64,000 bases of DNA from Candidatus Haiyanarchaeum thermophilum. Its GTDB lineage: Archaea > Nanobdellota > Nanobdellia > JAPDLS01 > Haiyanarchaeaceae. The stretch is taken from assembly GCA_025920425.1 (NCBI GenBank), contig JAPDLS010000001.1:308484-372483 (forward strand), read 5' to 3'. Shown here piece after piece: positions 37,890-48,010 of the stretch. Each line of letters starts with the position of its first letter. The stretch's first letter is position 1. The translations under genes and the position numbers were made by a program. Below the pieces are notes generated by a model. It saw only the letters and a program-made list of their open reading frames with translations, did not search any database and was not told where the DNA came from.

Positions 37890-38807
37890 TTATCCTCCAA
37901 AGAGTTCCTTAAGCCTAAGCTCGATAAGCATTTCCTTAAGCTCTGAGCTTATGGCATCTGGCCTGACTAAACTTAACTTGTAAGCCAGAGCCAGCATATG
38001 AGAAAATCCCATGAAGAGCAAATTCCTCACCGTCTCTGGAGAAATTATTGAAGCCCTCAGTGCAAAGTTGAAGGAGAGGAGGTGATATTTCCTTAAAAGC
38101 ATTCCTACATTCTCCCTAGTAACATAGTCCAAACATAGGGATAAATAGATGGCTTCCCTGAAGCCTCTCTGAAGCTCTCCCATATAGTAAGTCTCACTCA
38201 CCACAACCTCTCTCAGATCAAAGAATTTCCTATCTTCAAGTGAAGCGAGCAATTGGAGGGTAATTCTCTTAGCCTTGATATCTAGCTTCTTGAGCAGCTC
38301 ACTGATTTCTGGAGTAATTTGATCCCCTGCCTTCAGCAGCTTCACTTCGTTCGTTATCGTGATCTTCCCTCCCTCTACTTTCGTCTTTATATTGAATTTT
38401 GCAAGTTCTGAAATTATTGGACCTGCGGTCAAATTAGTTGGACCTGGAGAAATTATTATATCCTCCTCTACCATATCCCCAGGTTTAGCAAATATCTCCA
38501 CTCTCGAGCTCTCCAACAGCTTCTTTATTTTGAATGAGCTCTCGTTGCTCAAAACGATTACAGGCATAAGTTTAGGGTCGTCCAATAATCTCAACAGCTC
38601 AGAATCTTCCCCAAACTTCTTAGCTATTGCCCTCCTTACTATATTCTTCCTCAACACTAAAACCCGTGCAACAGATTTTATCTTATCTCTCAATTCTTTG
38701 AATTGGGCTGCCTTGAGATGGCGCATATCAGCTAAGCATATGGTCCTATACTTCTCTAACTCCTTACAAAATTCGTCCACAGCTTTCTGCTTCTCAGCTA
38801 TTCCCAC
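37890..38807 (-). CDS. rpl10: 50S ribosomal protein L10 (P0)
   Basis: AKPGD, PGPT..AGP, KVEGGKI; located between L1 and L12. Confidence 0.93.
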   Translation of the reverse strand: MGIAEKQKAVDEFCKELEKYRTICLADMRHLKAAQFKELRDKIKSVARVLVLRKNIVRRAIAKKFGEDSELLRLLDDPKLMPVIVLSNESSFKIKKLLESSRVEIFAKPGDMVEEDIIISPGPTNLTAGPIISELAKFNIKTKVEGGKITITNEVKLLKAGDQITPEISELLKKLDIKAKRITLQLLASLEDRKFFDLREVVVSETYYMGELQRGFREAIYLSLCLDYVTRENVGMLLRKYHLLSFNFALRASIISPETVRNLLFMGFSHMLALAYKLSLVRPDAISSELKEMLIELRLKELFGG

Positions 38808-39462
38808 TTTCCTTCACCTCTACAGGGGGAGACATCGTGAGCTTGAGTAGACAGCTCTTGATCTGTTGCTTTCCTCTTGGAACTCGCTTCACTACGAAAT
38901 TATAAACTGCTATGCAGTTCTCAGCGATTTCTTCATCGCTCATCTTTTCACATCCTACTCTGCATTGAATCACATTTTGTTTGTTGTTTGAAATCCTTAC
39001 CGTCTTTCTCAACCTTTCAACTATTTCATTAAGTTTACTCGTGGGTGAAAGGATTCCAGAGAACTTTGGATTTGGCATCTTTCCCCGAGAACTTAGGTAT
39101 TTCCCAAATATTTGTCCCACCCTAGGCATTAAATTGGCTTGAGCCAAGAAGAAATCAAAGCGCTTACATAGCTTCTTAGCCTCTTTAGGACTCTGTGCAT
39201 ATTTTTCCAAATCGTTTTTGGTGATTACGAGATCTAAATATTTCTTAGCTTCCGTCTCAAGCTCCTTATCCACGATCCCACAGATCTTTATTTCCTTTCC
39301 CACTCCATGCGGCAATACCAGGTACTCTTGAATGTTATTTTCTGGCTTCTTTGGATCGAAATCCTTAAGGGAAATTATTAGATCGAAACTCTGCGTAAAT
39401 TTTCTCTTCCTGCTCGCTGCTCTTAACTTCTTGATCGCATCCAAGAAACTTTCTTTATCCAT
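38794..39462 (-). CDS. rpl1: 50S ribosomal protein L1
   Basis: RKFTQSFDLII, RGKMP, KLTMSPP. Confidence 0.96.
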   Translation of the reverse strand: MDKESFLDAIKKLRAASRKRKFTQSFDLIISLKDFDPKKPENNIQEYLVLPHGVGKEIKICGIVDKELETEAKKYLDLVITKNDLEKYAQSPKEAKKLCKRFDFFLAQANLMPRVGQIFGKYLSSRGKMPNPKFSGILSPTSKLNEIVERLRKTVRISNNKQNVIQCRVGCEKMSDEEIAENCIAVYNFVVKRVPRGKQQIKSCLLKLTMSPPVEVKESGNS

Positions 39463-39620
39463 CTGAGAGAATTAGGAATAACTATTTTTAATACTTTCTT
39501 CTAATTTTCAATTTATTTGTTACTTCGCATTGCTTTTTCAGAGAGGAAGCAAATCCTCAATAGGTTATGGAGATTTTCGGAAAAATTTTGAAATTCGAAC
39601 TTTAAGTCTTTTTAATCTAA

Positions 39621-40169
39621 ATGCTCATTGAGCTCGAGGTGAGAAAATTTATTCATCGTATTTTAAGAAGGAGGGAAATTCATCTTATTCTCCTACTCAT
39701 AAGTCTAAGCATAGCTTCTGGTTACTTAGTAAGCGTGCTCTCCTATACTATAACCTTTAAGTTTAATTTTCATAGGCCAATAGGTTTCACTATTTTGGAA
39801 AGCTCAACCCATCCAAATAACTTCTCGATCAACAGAGGGGAAATCTTCGCCTATAGCGGAGATACCATAACCATAAACCTCAACGTGACCAATAGGGCCA
39901 ATAATGACCTCAATGCTACCTTAAAAATCTATTGCTCCTCCTCAAATTCCTCCTTCAGGCTTGAGAACGGCATAAATTTCTCAGCCAAGATTGCGGAAAC
40001 AGAGCTTAACCTAAAATTTATTGAGAATTGTACCGCCCAAATGTGCTTTCAGAGTGATCCTATAACTCTCAGGAGAAAGAGCAGTTACTTGCTCAACTTA
40101 AACCTTTTCTCAACACCCGCTCTATATCCTAGCACTTATGAATGCCAATTCCAATTTGAGACTCCTTAA
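39621..40169 (+). CDS. Membrane-anchored extracellular beta-rich protein
   Basis: N-terminal TM helix followed by an Ig-like domain with N-glycosylation sequons. Confidence 0.7.
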   Translation: MLIELEVRKFIHRILRRREIHLILLLISLSIASGYLVSVLSYTITFKFNFHRPIGFTILESSTHPNNFSINRGEIFAYSGDTITINLNVTNRANNDLNATLKIYCSSSNSSFRLENGINFSAKIAETELNLKFIENCTAQMCFQSDPITLRRKSSYLLNLNLFSTPALYPSTYECQFQFETP

Positions 40170-40361
40170 TTATTTCACTTCAAGTTTCAATTTCTTAGCA
40201 ACTTCTTCTACCTTAGGATCTGTCTTCATCAATTTTAGAGTGTAGAGATATCTCCCTCTTGCTTTGAATTTAACATAATCCTTCCCCCTCTTTACAAAAA
40301 CATGTTTGGCTTTAGCAGCTATCTTCAAAAACTCATCTACGTCCTTTATCTCCTTCGGCAT
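40170..40361 (-). CDS. rpl38e: Ribosomal protein L38e (eL38)
   Basis: MPKEIKDVDEFLKIA...VKFKARGRYLYTLK matches the eL38 consensus. Confidence 0.88.
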   Translation of the reverse strand: MPKEIKDVDEFLKIAAKAKHVFVKRGKDYVKFKARGRYLYTLKLMKTDPKVEEVAKKLKLEVK

Positions 40362-41617
40362 TTGAGTACCTCCATTCCATTCATATACTGCACTAAGGCT
40401 CTGGGAATCCTCACTGATCCATCTTTTTGTTGATGATTTTCAACTATGGCTACAATGGCTCTAGTAGTAATCGCAGTCGAATTTAACGTATGCACCAATC
40501 CTACTTCTCCACCGCTACGATATCTTATCCTGAGCCTCCTTGCCTGAAAATCAGTGCAATTGCTGCAAGATCCCATTTCCCTGTACTTGTTTTGGGCTGG
40601 AAGCCAAGCTTCGATATCATAGCATTTAGCTGCCATGCTGCTGAGCTGCTGGGAGCAGAGTACTACAGTCCTGAAAGGCACCTCAAGCTCCTTAAAGATT
40701 TCCTCAGCATTTGTTATAAGTTCCTCATGAAATCTCCATGAATCCTCTGGTTTGCAGATTATGATCTGTTCTACTTTGTAGAACTGATGAGTTCTGAAGA
40801 TCCCTTTTGTATCCTTTCCATGAGCTCCTGCCTCCTTTCTGAAGTTTGGTGAGAAACCAACGAGTTTGATCGGAAGCTCATCTTCTTCGAAGCATTCTCC
40901 CATGAACATAGAAACTAATGGATGTTCTGAAGTGGCTATTAGGTGAAGATCCTCTCCTTCCACCTTATATAGCATCTCATCGAAGTCTCCAAGTGGGACA
41001 ACCCCTTCATATGCTGCCCTCTTCATCATGAATGGTGGTTCTACTAGAGTATATCCTTTCCTGATTAACTTATCGATCGCTAACCTCATCAATGCATGTT
41101 CAAGTAGTACTCCCTCATTTTTTAGGAAGAAGAACCTTGCCCCACTTATCTTCGCAGCCCTACTTATATCTAGAATACCTAGATCCACCATAAGCTTCAC
41201 ATGATCTCTTGGTTCGAAGTCAAACTTCCTAATCCTACCATACTCTCTCACCACCACATTCTCCTCTCCAACAGGAGTAGACTCATGCATTAGATTAGGT
41301 AAAACTAACATGATCTCGCGCTGCTTCTTCATGAGCCTCTCCAACTTCTCCTCTACTTGTTTGATCTCATCCAATATGCTTGAAACCTCTTTTATCTTCT
41401 CATCAACCCTTAATCCCTTTTGCTTGAGTTCTGCTATTTCTCGGGCTGCTTTATTCCTTTCCTTCCTAAGCTCTTGGCTCCTCCTGCGTAAGGTAGAAAT
41501 TTCCATGTCCAATTTGAGCAGCTCATCCACTAGCTCCAATTTATTCACCATCCCCCTATCTCTCAAATTCTTCTTTATAAGCTCGGGGTTCTGCCTCACC
41601 AGCTTTATATCAAGCAT
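40346..41617 (-). CDS. serS: Seryl-tRNA synthetase
   Basis: MLDIKLVR, coiled-coil arm, LIATSE, FRKEAG, SCSNCTDFQARRL, HTLNST. Confidence 0.97.
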   Translation of the reverse strand: MLDIKLVRQNPELIKKNLRDRGMVNKLELVDELLKLDMEISTLRRRSQELRKERNKAAREIAELKQKGLRVDEKIKEVSSILDEIKQVEEKLERLMKKQREIMLVLPNLMHESTPVGEENVVVREYGRIRKFDFEPRDHVKLMVDLGILDISRAAKISGARFFFLKNEGVLLEHALMRLAIDKLIRKGYTLVEPPFMMKRAAYEGVVPLGDFDEMLYKVEGEDLHLIATSEHPLVSMFMGECFEEDELPIKLVGFSPNFRKEAGAHGKDTKGIFRTHQFYKVEQIIICKPEDSWRFHEELITNAEEIFKELEVPFRTVVLCSQQLSSMAAKCYDIEAWLPAQNKYREMGSCSNCTDFQARRLRIRYRSGGEVGLVHTLNSTAITTRAIVAIVENHQQKDGSVRIPRALVQYMNGMEVLKCRRR

Positions 41618-41654
41618 CGTTTAACTAAGGTGAAAAAAGTTTAACTTTTTTTCG

Positions 41655-42980
41655 CTATATGCCCTTCAACTTCAGCTCGCTGATCGCACTCGGTTCCATT
41701 CCTCCATGCCAGCTCCTCTTCGGTTTGATTTGGATTGGGTAAACTCTCTCCTGAGTATCATCAAGCACAATTGCTGCTCCTCTCTTCTTAGGGAGCATTG
41801 AGAGATACTTCTCGATAGTATAGGTGAGGTAAGTTTGCATTATGTTGTTAAGAGCTTGAATATCCATCTTAGCTGTAACGTGGTGGGAAATAACTAAATC
41901 GCATTGGGTGATCACATCTGTATTGATCTTTCCAGGCTGTTGAGTGGCCATCACCAAGCTTATTCCAGGTTGCCTTCCTTCACGAATTATTCTGATCAAG
42001 GGTAATGTAGCTAGAGTTTCCCCTCTTTCAGGAATGAACTCATGGGCTTCATCTATGAAGATCCAGACCAGAGGGATCTCTTCCTTGGATTTTTCGAAAT
42101 ATCCCCTTGAGAAGTAGCTATAACCTCTCTCCAGAATACTTAACTCCTCAAGCCTCCTAGCTAAGATCCTCCTCTCTAAAATCTTTCTACAGAGCAACCC
42201 TATGACCAGAGCTTTTATACTGAGACTTCTTGTTTCTTGTGTGTAGAGCGCCAAGTCTATGATGGAAATCTTTCCCCTATTTAGGATCTTCTCGAGTGGA
42301 GTCCCCTCCTTTTTGAAGAGCCCCCAGCTCTTTACCACTTCCAACCTATTCATCAGAAACCTCTTCGTCTCCTCCCCCACATTTGATGAACCTATCTCGC
42401 TTATGATGTCATCTATCTCAAATTTCTCCACATCCCTCCTCAATCTATTTACTACCTTTTCTAGTATAATTCCTTGCTCCTGAAGCGGAGAAACATTCAA
42501 TAACTCACACCATTCTATTCCAGACATTTCCCAAGGAGAAATAGCAAATGGCTCATCAACAGGAATTCCAAGATTCCTCATCCTCTCGAAGTGACCATGG
42601 GGGGTAAAAACTATCACCTTCTTTTCCAGCCCTAAGGGTTCTAGCCCCCACTTAGCTAGGAGGGTTTCATCCCTATAATTCGGAAATTTCATCGTCCAGA
42701 AGATCCCCATGGTATCGAAGAATAGAGAAGCTATATTGTTACTTACCTCCTCTGGAAGATTTGCCATTTCTTCAGCAATTGAACTTAAGGTATATGATTT
42801 CCCAGACCCCCTTTTCCCACAAATTAAGATCACATGGGGTCTATTTACATCGAGGAGAACAGGATTCGCTAGGCTCATCTCCTCCCCCATCTGAATATAA
42901 TGTCTTGCTATCAAGATCGTACCTTCCTTTCCAAACTTTTCTAAGTCCTCCTCTTTCCTTCCTAGAATGATCTCATACAT
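41655..42980 (-). CDS. HerA/FtsK-superfamily (DUF87) ATPase
   Basis: GKRGSGKS, IFIDEAH, REGRQPG, ATQQP. Confidence 0.9.
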   Translation of the reverse strand: MYEIILGRKEEDLEKFGKEGTILIARHYIQMGEEMSLANPVLLDVNRPHVILICGKRGSGKSYTLSSIAEEMANLPEEVSNNIASLFFDTMGIFWTMKFPNYRDETLLAKWGLEPLGLEKKVIVFTPHGHFERMRNLGIPVDEPFAISPWEMSGIEWCELLNVSPLQEQGIILEKVVNRLRRDVEKFEIDDIISEIGSSNVGEETKRFLMNRLEVVKSWGLFKKEGTPLEKILNRGKISIIDLALYTQETRSLSIKALVIGLLCRKILERRILARRLEELSILERGYSYFSRGYFEKSKEEIPLVWIFIDEAHEFIPERGETLATLPLIRIIREGRQPGISLVMATQQPGKINTDVITQCDLVISHHVTAKMDIQALNNIMQTYLTYTIEKYLSMLPKKRGAAIVLDDTQERVYPIQIKPKRSWHGGMEPSAISELKLKGI

Positions 42981-43004
42981 GTAAAAGAAGGAGTAATTGT
43001 AAAA

Positions 43005-43805
43005 TTAAAATTTATCTCTCTCCGATTGTTTATATTTCCTTTCCCTCATCTGTTTATCTCTCTCTAATAGGATCTCTTCACGTCCTCGATCGCTAAGTCC
43101 ATCTATCACTCTTTCTAGCCAGTTTTTGCTGTTTCTCTTTCCTATCCACATAAATGGACTTATGATCTCATAAAGAGAGGTAGTTGCTGGTAATTTAAGG
43201 CGGGAATATGTGGCTGGGTAAACATTGAGTTGGAGAATCTCCTTTCTGGGGCTAATACTTCCAAATCTTACTTTCATCAATGTTTCATTTCCATCTACTA
43301 AGGAGAATTCATTCCCAATGAAATCCTGAATTGCTGGGTAAAAAATGCCTACTTCTGAAAGAGAGGCTCTCCTTTTATCTCCGGTTATCCTCACAGAGGC
43401 TCGAGGTGCTAGGTAATTAACTGCATCCTCTAAATAGGACTCGAGCACAGTTGGAAGTTTTTCCCTAGAAATTTGATGGATCGGTGGTAGACAATAAAAT
43501 CTATCTCTTCTCTTCAGATCCCAAAGGAACTGCAATGTGCTCGTAGGAAGGGGTGGAAATGGAGAAGTATTGACTGCAGCTCCAGCAAGCTTCTCCAACT
43601 TGTTAATTATTTTCTCTGCTTTTCTGCTTACCTCGCCTTCCTCCCGAGCATAACTTCTCTCAAATTCATCAAAGGATATGATATCTGGGAACTCGAATGG
43701 AAAAGAAGCAAGTTCCTCCAGTCGTTGATGTCTCTCTGCTATCCTGAAAAGCTCTTCCAGTGTTCCTACAATTTTTATTTCCTCTCTAGTTACCTGTTTA
43801 GTCAT
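43005..43805 (-). CDS. Hypothetical protein
   Basis: 266-aa ORF with TATA upstream. Confidence 0.7.
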   Translation of the reverse strand: MTKQVTREEIKIVGTLEELFRIAERHQRLEELASFPFEFPDIISFDEFERSYAREEGEVSRKAEKIINKLEKLAGAAVNTSPFPPLPTSTLQFLWDLKRRDRFYCLPPIHQISREKLPTVLESYLEDAVNYLAPRASVRITGDKRRASLSEVGIFYPAIQDFIGNEFSLVDGNETLMKVRFGSISPRKEILQLNVYPATYSRLKLPATTSLYEIISPFMWIGKRNSKNWLERVIDGLSDRGREEILLERDKQMRERKYKQSERDKF

Positions 43806-43908
43806 AGTTTCCTCCGAAAAATCCCTTATTTAAAAAATTTTTTATTCCGGAGGGGTAAAATTGCCTATAAAGTAAACCATATTAGGAATGTTTAGCTCAT
43901 AATTCATA

Positions 43909-43991
43909 GCCGGAGTGGCCGAGTGGTTAAGGCGGCAGCCTCGAGAGCTGCTGGGCGTATGCCCTCGCAGGTTCGAATCCTGCCTCCGGCG
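43909..43991 (+). tRNA. tRNA-Ser(CGA)
   Basis: Acceptor GCCGGAG/CTCCGGC-G, GCAGC-CTCGAGA-GCTGC, long variable arm GGGCGTATGCCC. Confidence 0.97.
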
Positions 43992-44061
43992 TCCACAGGT
44001 TTACTCATCCGGCAAAAGTTCGAGAGAATGACTCGTAATCAGTGATATCGAGAAGAAGATT

Positions 44062-45984
44062 TCATGAGGGGTATCTTATCTCTTTCAACTGCTCTAGCGT
44101 GTGTAGTGAATAAATTTTGATTCCAAATGGGGAGACGAGGTAGAGGATATCATCTATATATAAAGCTCTATTCACACCATGAAAGTTAAGTATCTTTCTA
44201 AGTGAAAGTGATGTGGCTGAAACATTAAATACAAACGCTTCATCTGCAAGAGAAGGAAGGTAAGAAGAGGAGAGGGAGAGCACCAATAGTTGCTTCGGCC
44301 GATCTAAAAGGAGGGCCTTATGGTCCCAATCCCAAGGCAGAGTATGGTTGTAGATTACGTACTTGCCCTCCTCCTGTGGATTCATTGGATCTGAGACATC
44401 GAATAATGAAACTTTAACTCCTATCCTTCTCCCTCTCTCATCCGTTTCCTCACCAATTCCTATAAGGTGGCTCTCATCGAATGGCTGCAAATATCTAGAG
44501 AAACCTGGAAGTTTTAGAGAACCTATAAGTCTTGGCTCTCTCGGATTACTTAAGTCTACTACAAGCAATGGATCAACTCTTCTGTAGGTTACAACATATC
44601 CTTTCTCTCCAATGAATCTCACTGCGAAGATACTTTCATTGGGTTCAAGGCCTTCAAGCTTACCTATGAGATTTAAATTGGAATCTAGCACATACACATT
44701 GTTTTCAGTTCCTCCACCAAACATCCATGGGTCTCTGGTAGTAGTAGCTATTCTGAAAGTTCCGTTGAATTCGTCCATAGAAAACTGATTTAGGATAAAC
44801 CCTGGTACTGAATTATTGGCTACAAATGTCATTTTACCTTCTTTAACTGAAAATTTGATGATCATCGTACCAAAATGCTTTTTCAATTCAGGAAGCCACT
44901 CCTCAATCCTTGCTTTAGTTTTATTCATAATGCTCTCTTTTTCCTCTTTACTTAGGGTTTCGAGGAAATCTTCGAGGATAATAGCGATCTCTATAAGTTT
45001 CTTATTTGTACCCATGTCTCTCTTATTCATTATCTCCTCTATTTTATCCTTGATCTCTCCCGGAACTACTTTCTCTATCACTTCCCGTATGTATTCCTCC
45101 AATATTCTCAGGTAATCTATTCCTGTAGAAAATGTGAGATAAAGATTTTCTGGAGACATATACAGAGTGGCTACTTCATCAAGCAAAAGGATTTCCCTAT
45201 TTACTTCTTGGGTATCAAGATTAATGGAGAGAAGTGTGGTAAAGTAATAGTAGTTTCCTACTAAACTTTCAGAATAGTATATTTTCGTACATGGGCAGGG
45301 CATATCTTCACCATTGACTCTCATCGGAGAAACTGAAGCCTCAAATGCCGGTTCTTGAATTATCACGTACACAAAGTTTCCATACATCCTCGCATCCTTA
45401 TAATTTCCAGGAATTGAGATTTCCTTCAAGAGTTTAGGCAATTCCTTAGAGGAAATGTCGTAAAGCCTAATATGGGTTTCAGTTATATGTATTGGATAGG
45501 GAAGTGATAAAATTTCGGGCAAGAGATAACGATGCTCTTCACTTAAGATTACAAGTTTATCATTTCTTACGAAAACTCCTGTGGTTATTTCCCTCCTTAA
45601 CTTGAGGTCTGAAATGAATTTGGCCTCTTCCGGAGGAAAAGCTTGAGAAATAAATATCCTTTCGCCACTGTAACTACGGGAGTAAATATAGGTTCCGTCT
45701 GTTTTAACTATATCTGGCTCATCTACTGTAGGTACTTGTACATTTGTAACTGAATACCATGCTGCTTCCTTCCCAGGGGAGAGGAATGGTACGGTAATGG
45801 CTGACTCCCTCAAAGTATAGAGCCATCCATATGCCCTCTCGCTGAGAAAGTTCTTAAGCTCTTGGCAAGAAGAAAACCTTTTAAGCCCATAAATTGGGGT
45901 GGAAGGTTTAATTGTGAACCACCAAATTGTCCCCAATAGAAGAAGAAGCACAACTAACCATACTATGCTCGATAAAGCCTTCAT
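44062..45984 (-). CDS. Membrane-anchored beta-propeller domain protein
   Basis: N-terminal TM, TNVQV..VDEPDIVKTDG, LNQFSMDE, VVTYRRVDPL, PGFSRYL. Confidence 0.9.
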   Translation of the reverse strand: MKALSSIVWLVVLLLLLGTIWWFTIKPSTPIYGLKRFSSCQELKNFLSERAYGWLYTLRESAITVPFLSPGKEAAWYSVTNVQVPTVDEPDIVKTDGTYIYSRSYSGERIFISQAFPPEEAKFISDLKLRREITTGVFVRNDKLVILSEEHRYLLPEILSLPYPIHITETHIRLYDISSKELPKLLKEISIPGNYKDARMYGNFVYVIIQEPAFEASVSPMRVNGEDMPCPCTKIYYSESLVGNYYYFTTLLSINLDTQEVNREILLLDEVATLYMSPENLYLTFSTGIDYLRILEEYIREVIEKVVPGEIKDKIEEIMNKRDMGTNKKLIEIAIILEDFLETLSKEEKESIMNKTKARIEEWLPELKKHFGTMIIKFSVKEGKMTFVANNSVPGFILNQFSMDEFNGTFRIATTTRDPWMFGGGTENNVYVLDSNLNLIGKLEGLEPNESIFAVRFIGEKGYVVTYRRVDPLLVVDLSNPREPRLIGSLKLPGFSRYLQPFDESHLIGIGEETDERGRRIGVKVSLFDVSDPMNPQEEGKYVIYNHTLPWDWDHKALLLDRPKQLLVLSLSSSYLPSLADEAFVFNVSATSLSLRKILNFHGVNRALYIDDILYLVSPFGIKIYSLHTLEQLKEIRYPS

Positions 45985-46107
45985 TCTATGAAATGGTTTT
46001 TATGCACATATATAAAAAAATTTCGTTTTCCTTCCTACTCCAAGATTTCTGTTGACTCATCAGCTTGCTTACCAAAATTTAAATATGGTTGTGAATTATT
46101 CTCCTTA

Positions 46108-46701
46108 ATGCTAAGTAGATCTTTCTCCTTGATTATACTCTTCCTCATCCTCTCTTATTTCATCCAATTTTCAGCCTTTCTCATTCAACTTAGACCAAAT
46201 TATGTACTCTCATTCCTCATCTTCCTTGTCCCGTTCCTTCTGCTTTTTAAGAGGATGAAGTGGAGCTATTACTCCGCCTGTGCCTTATTGGTGGATACTT
46301 CATTCTTCAGTTTTTTAGCTGCCATTTCAGAGCTTATAAATGTCCAACCAAGCATTAGTTACAATATAACTTCAGAAGGAATCAGCATTATGTTCTTTGG
46401 GTCAGATACGTTGCTCAGGATCATGGGATATATAGCTATGATCTTAATTTACATGCTCTCCTTGCTAATCTTGCTGAGGCACAAGTCCGAGCTCGTAACT
46501 GTGGAGAAGATGGAGCTGGAACGATATGTAAAATGTCCCCTCTGTGGGGAGCTTGCTCCTCTAATAGAAGCGTATAAGAAGTATTTCTGCATGGAATGTA
46601 AAAAGCTCATAGAACCTCCCGGGAGAAGAAACTCTTGGCTCAAACCACTCCTCTTTGGTATCCTCATCTCCTTCGTCCATTTTCTCCTTCTTTCCATATG
46701 A
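46108..46701 (+). CDS. Membrane protein with internal zinc ribbon
   Basis: Several TM helices, CPLCG...YFCMEC; start moved to MLSRS. Confidence 0.7.
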   Translation: MLSRSFSLIILFLILSYFIQFSAFLIQLRPNYVLSFLIFLVPFLLLFKRMKWSYYSACALLVDTSFFSFLAAISELINVQPSISYNITSEGISIMFFGSDTLLRIMGYIAMILIYMLSLLILLRHKSELVTVEKMELERYVKCPLCGELAPLIEAYKKYFCMECKKLIEPPGRRNSWLKPLLFGILISFVHFLLLSI

Positions 46702-46735
46702 AAAATTTTTTATCAAGGAGAAACATCTCAATCTC

Positions 46736-48010
46736 ATGAAATTTAAGAGGGTAAAGGGTACTTTCGACATATTGCCAGAGGAGTATAGGCTCTACAAATA
46801 TGTAGAATACTCCCTCTCTTCGCTAGCAGAGCTCTACGGATATTCTGGAGTGGAAACCCCTGCATTTGAGTCTCTAGAACTGCTTAAAGCTAAAAATCCA
46901 TCCATCGTGGATCAGATCTATTGGTTTAAAGATAAAGGTGGGAGGGAAATTGGGCTCAGATTTGATTTGACTGTGCCCATCGCAAGGGTAATTGCTGAGA
47001 ACCCCCAACTTCCAAAGCCGGTGAGATTTTATTACTTCTCGAAGATGTGGAGATATGAAGAGCCACAAAAGCTAAGGTATAGGGAATTCTGGCAATTTGG
47101 AGTAGAGCTAATAGGATCTTCCTCTATTCAAGCAGATGCTGAAGTAATCTCCTTAGCGATCGATTGTCTCAGACAATTTGGTTTGAAGTTCAAAGTATTC
47201 GTAAATGATAGAATATTGCTTGAATCTATCCTAGAGCGGCTTTCGATCCACAAGAGATTAGAATTGTTCAGGATAATAGACAAGCGAGAAAAACTCTCAT
47301 CACAGGCTTTCCTCTCTCAACTTCGAGCCATTGGCTTAAGCGCTCAACAAATTGAACGGCTGATGAAAATAATTGAGATCCGGGGGGATATTGAAAGGAT
47401 ATCGATGGAATTAGAAGATCTGAAAAGTAAAAAGGTGGAGGAAAGACTAAATGTTCTGAAAGAGTTGGTTAAGCTAATCGAAGCTTATGGATCTAAGAAT
47501 TACTTAGAATTCGATCTAAGCGTTGTGAGAGGATTAGATTATTACACAGGGATCGTATTTGAAATCTTTAGTGTAGAGGACAATAAAAGGGTAGGAAATG
47601 CTATCTGTGGGGGTGGGAGATATGATAACTTAATCGAGATCTATGCAAAGCAGAGGATTCCAGCTACAGGTTTTGCTATAGGGGTTGAAAGATTAATCGA
47701 GCTTCTCAAACAAACGAAATCGATTCCCAAAGAGAAGAAGATAAAGGTGCTCATAATCTCTGACCCAGAGACCTCCATTTTGATGAGGAGGAAATTGATG
47801 GGGGTAGGAATAATCGCACTTATCGATGTTATGGGGAGAAATCTCTCAAAGAACTTAGAGTTTGCTGACAAGCAAAATATCCCCTACGTAATCATATGTA
47901 AGGAGTTGGAGAAACAAAAAGGAGTAGCTAAGGTCAGAGATATGATCAGGGGGAGAGAAGTGGAGATTGAGCTGGATAGACTGGAAACATATTTCAAGCA
48001 ATTACTCTGA
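46736..48010 (+). CDS. hisS: Histidyl-tRNA synthetase
   Basis: VKGTFD, LRFDLTVP, RYEEPQ..RYREFWQ, RGLDYYTG, GGGRYD; start moved to MKFKR. Confidence 0.97.
   Translation: MKFKRVKGTFDILPEEYRLYKYVEYSLSSLAELYGYSGVETPAFESLELLKAKNPSIVDQIYWFKDKGGREIGLRFDLTVPIARVIAENPQLPKPVRFYYFSKMWRYEEPQKLRYREFWQFGVELIGSSSIQADAEVISLAIDCLRQFGLKFKVFVNDRILLESILERLSIHKRLELFRIIDKREKLSSQAFLSQLRAIGLSAQQIERLMKIIEIRGDIERISMELEDLKSKKVEERLNVLKELVKLIEAYGSKNYLEFDLSVVRGLDYYTGIVFEIFSVEDNKRVGNAICGGGRYDNLIEIYAKQRIPATGFAIGVERLIELLKQTKSIPKEKKIKVLIISDPETSILMRRKLMGVGIIALIDVMGRNLSKNLEFADKQNIPYVIICKELEKQKGVAKVRDMIRGREVEIELDRLETYFKQLL

Noticed and set aside
44029-44042. TGACTCGTAATCAG resembling a tRNA-Thr(CGT) anticodon arm just after tRNA-Ser
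   Set aside because: No acceptor stem or T-arm can be built; a chance match or an unrecognisable relic
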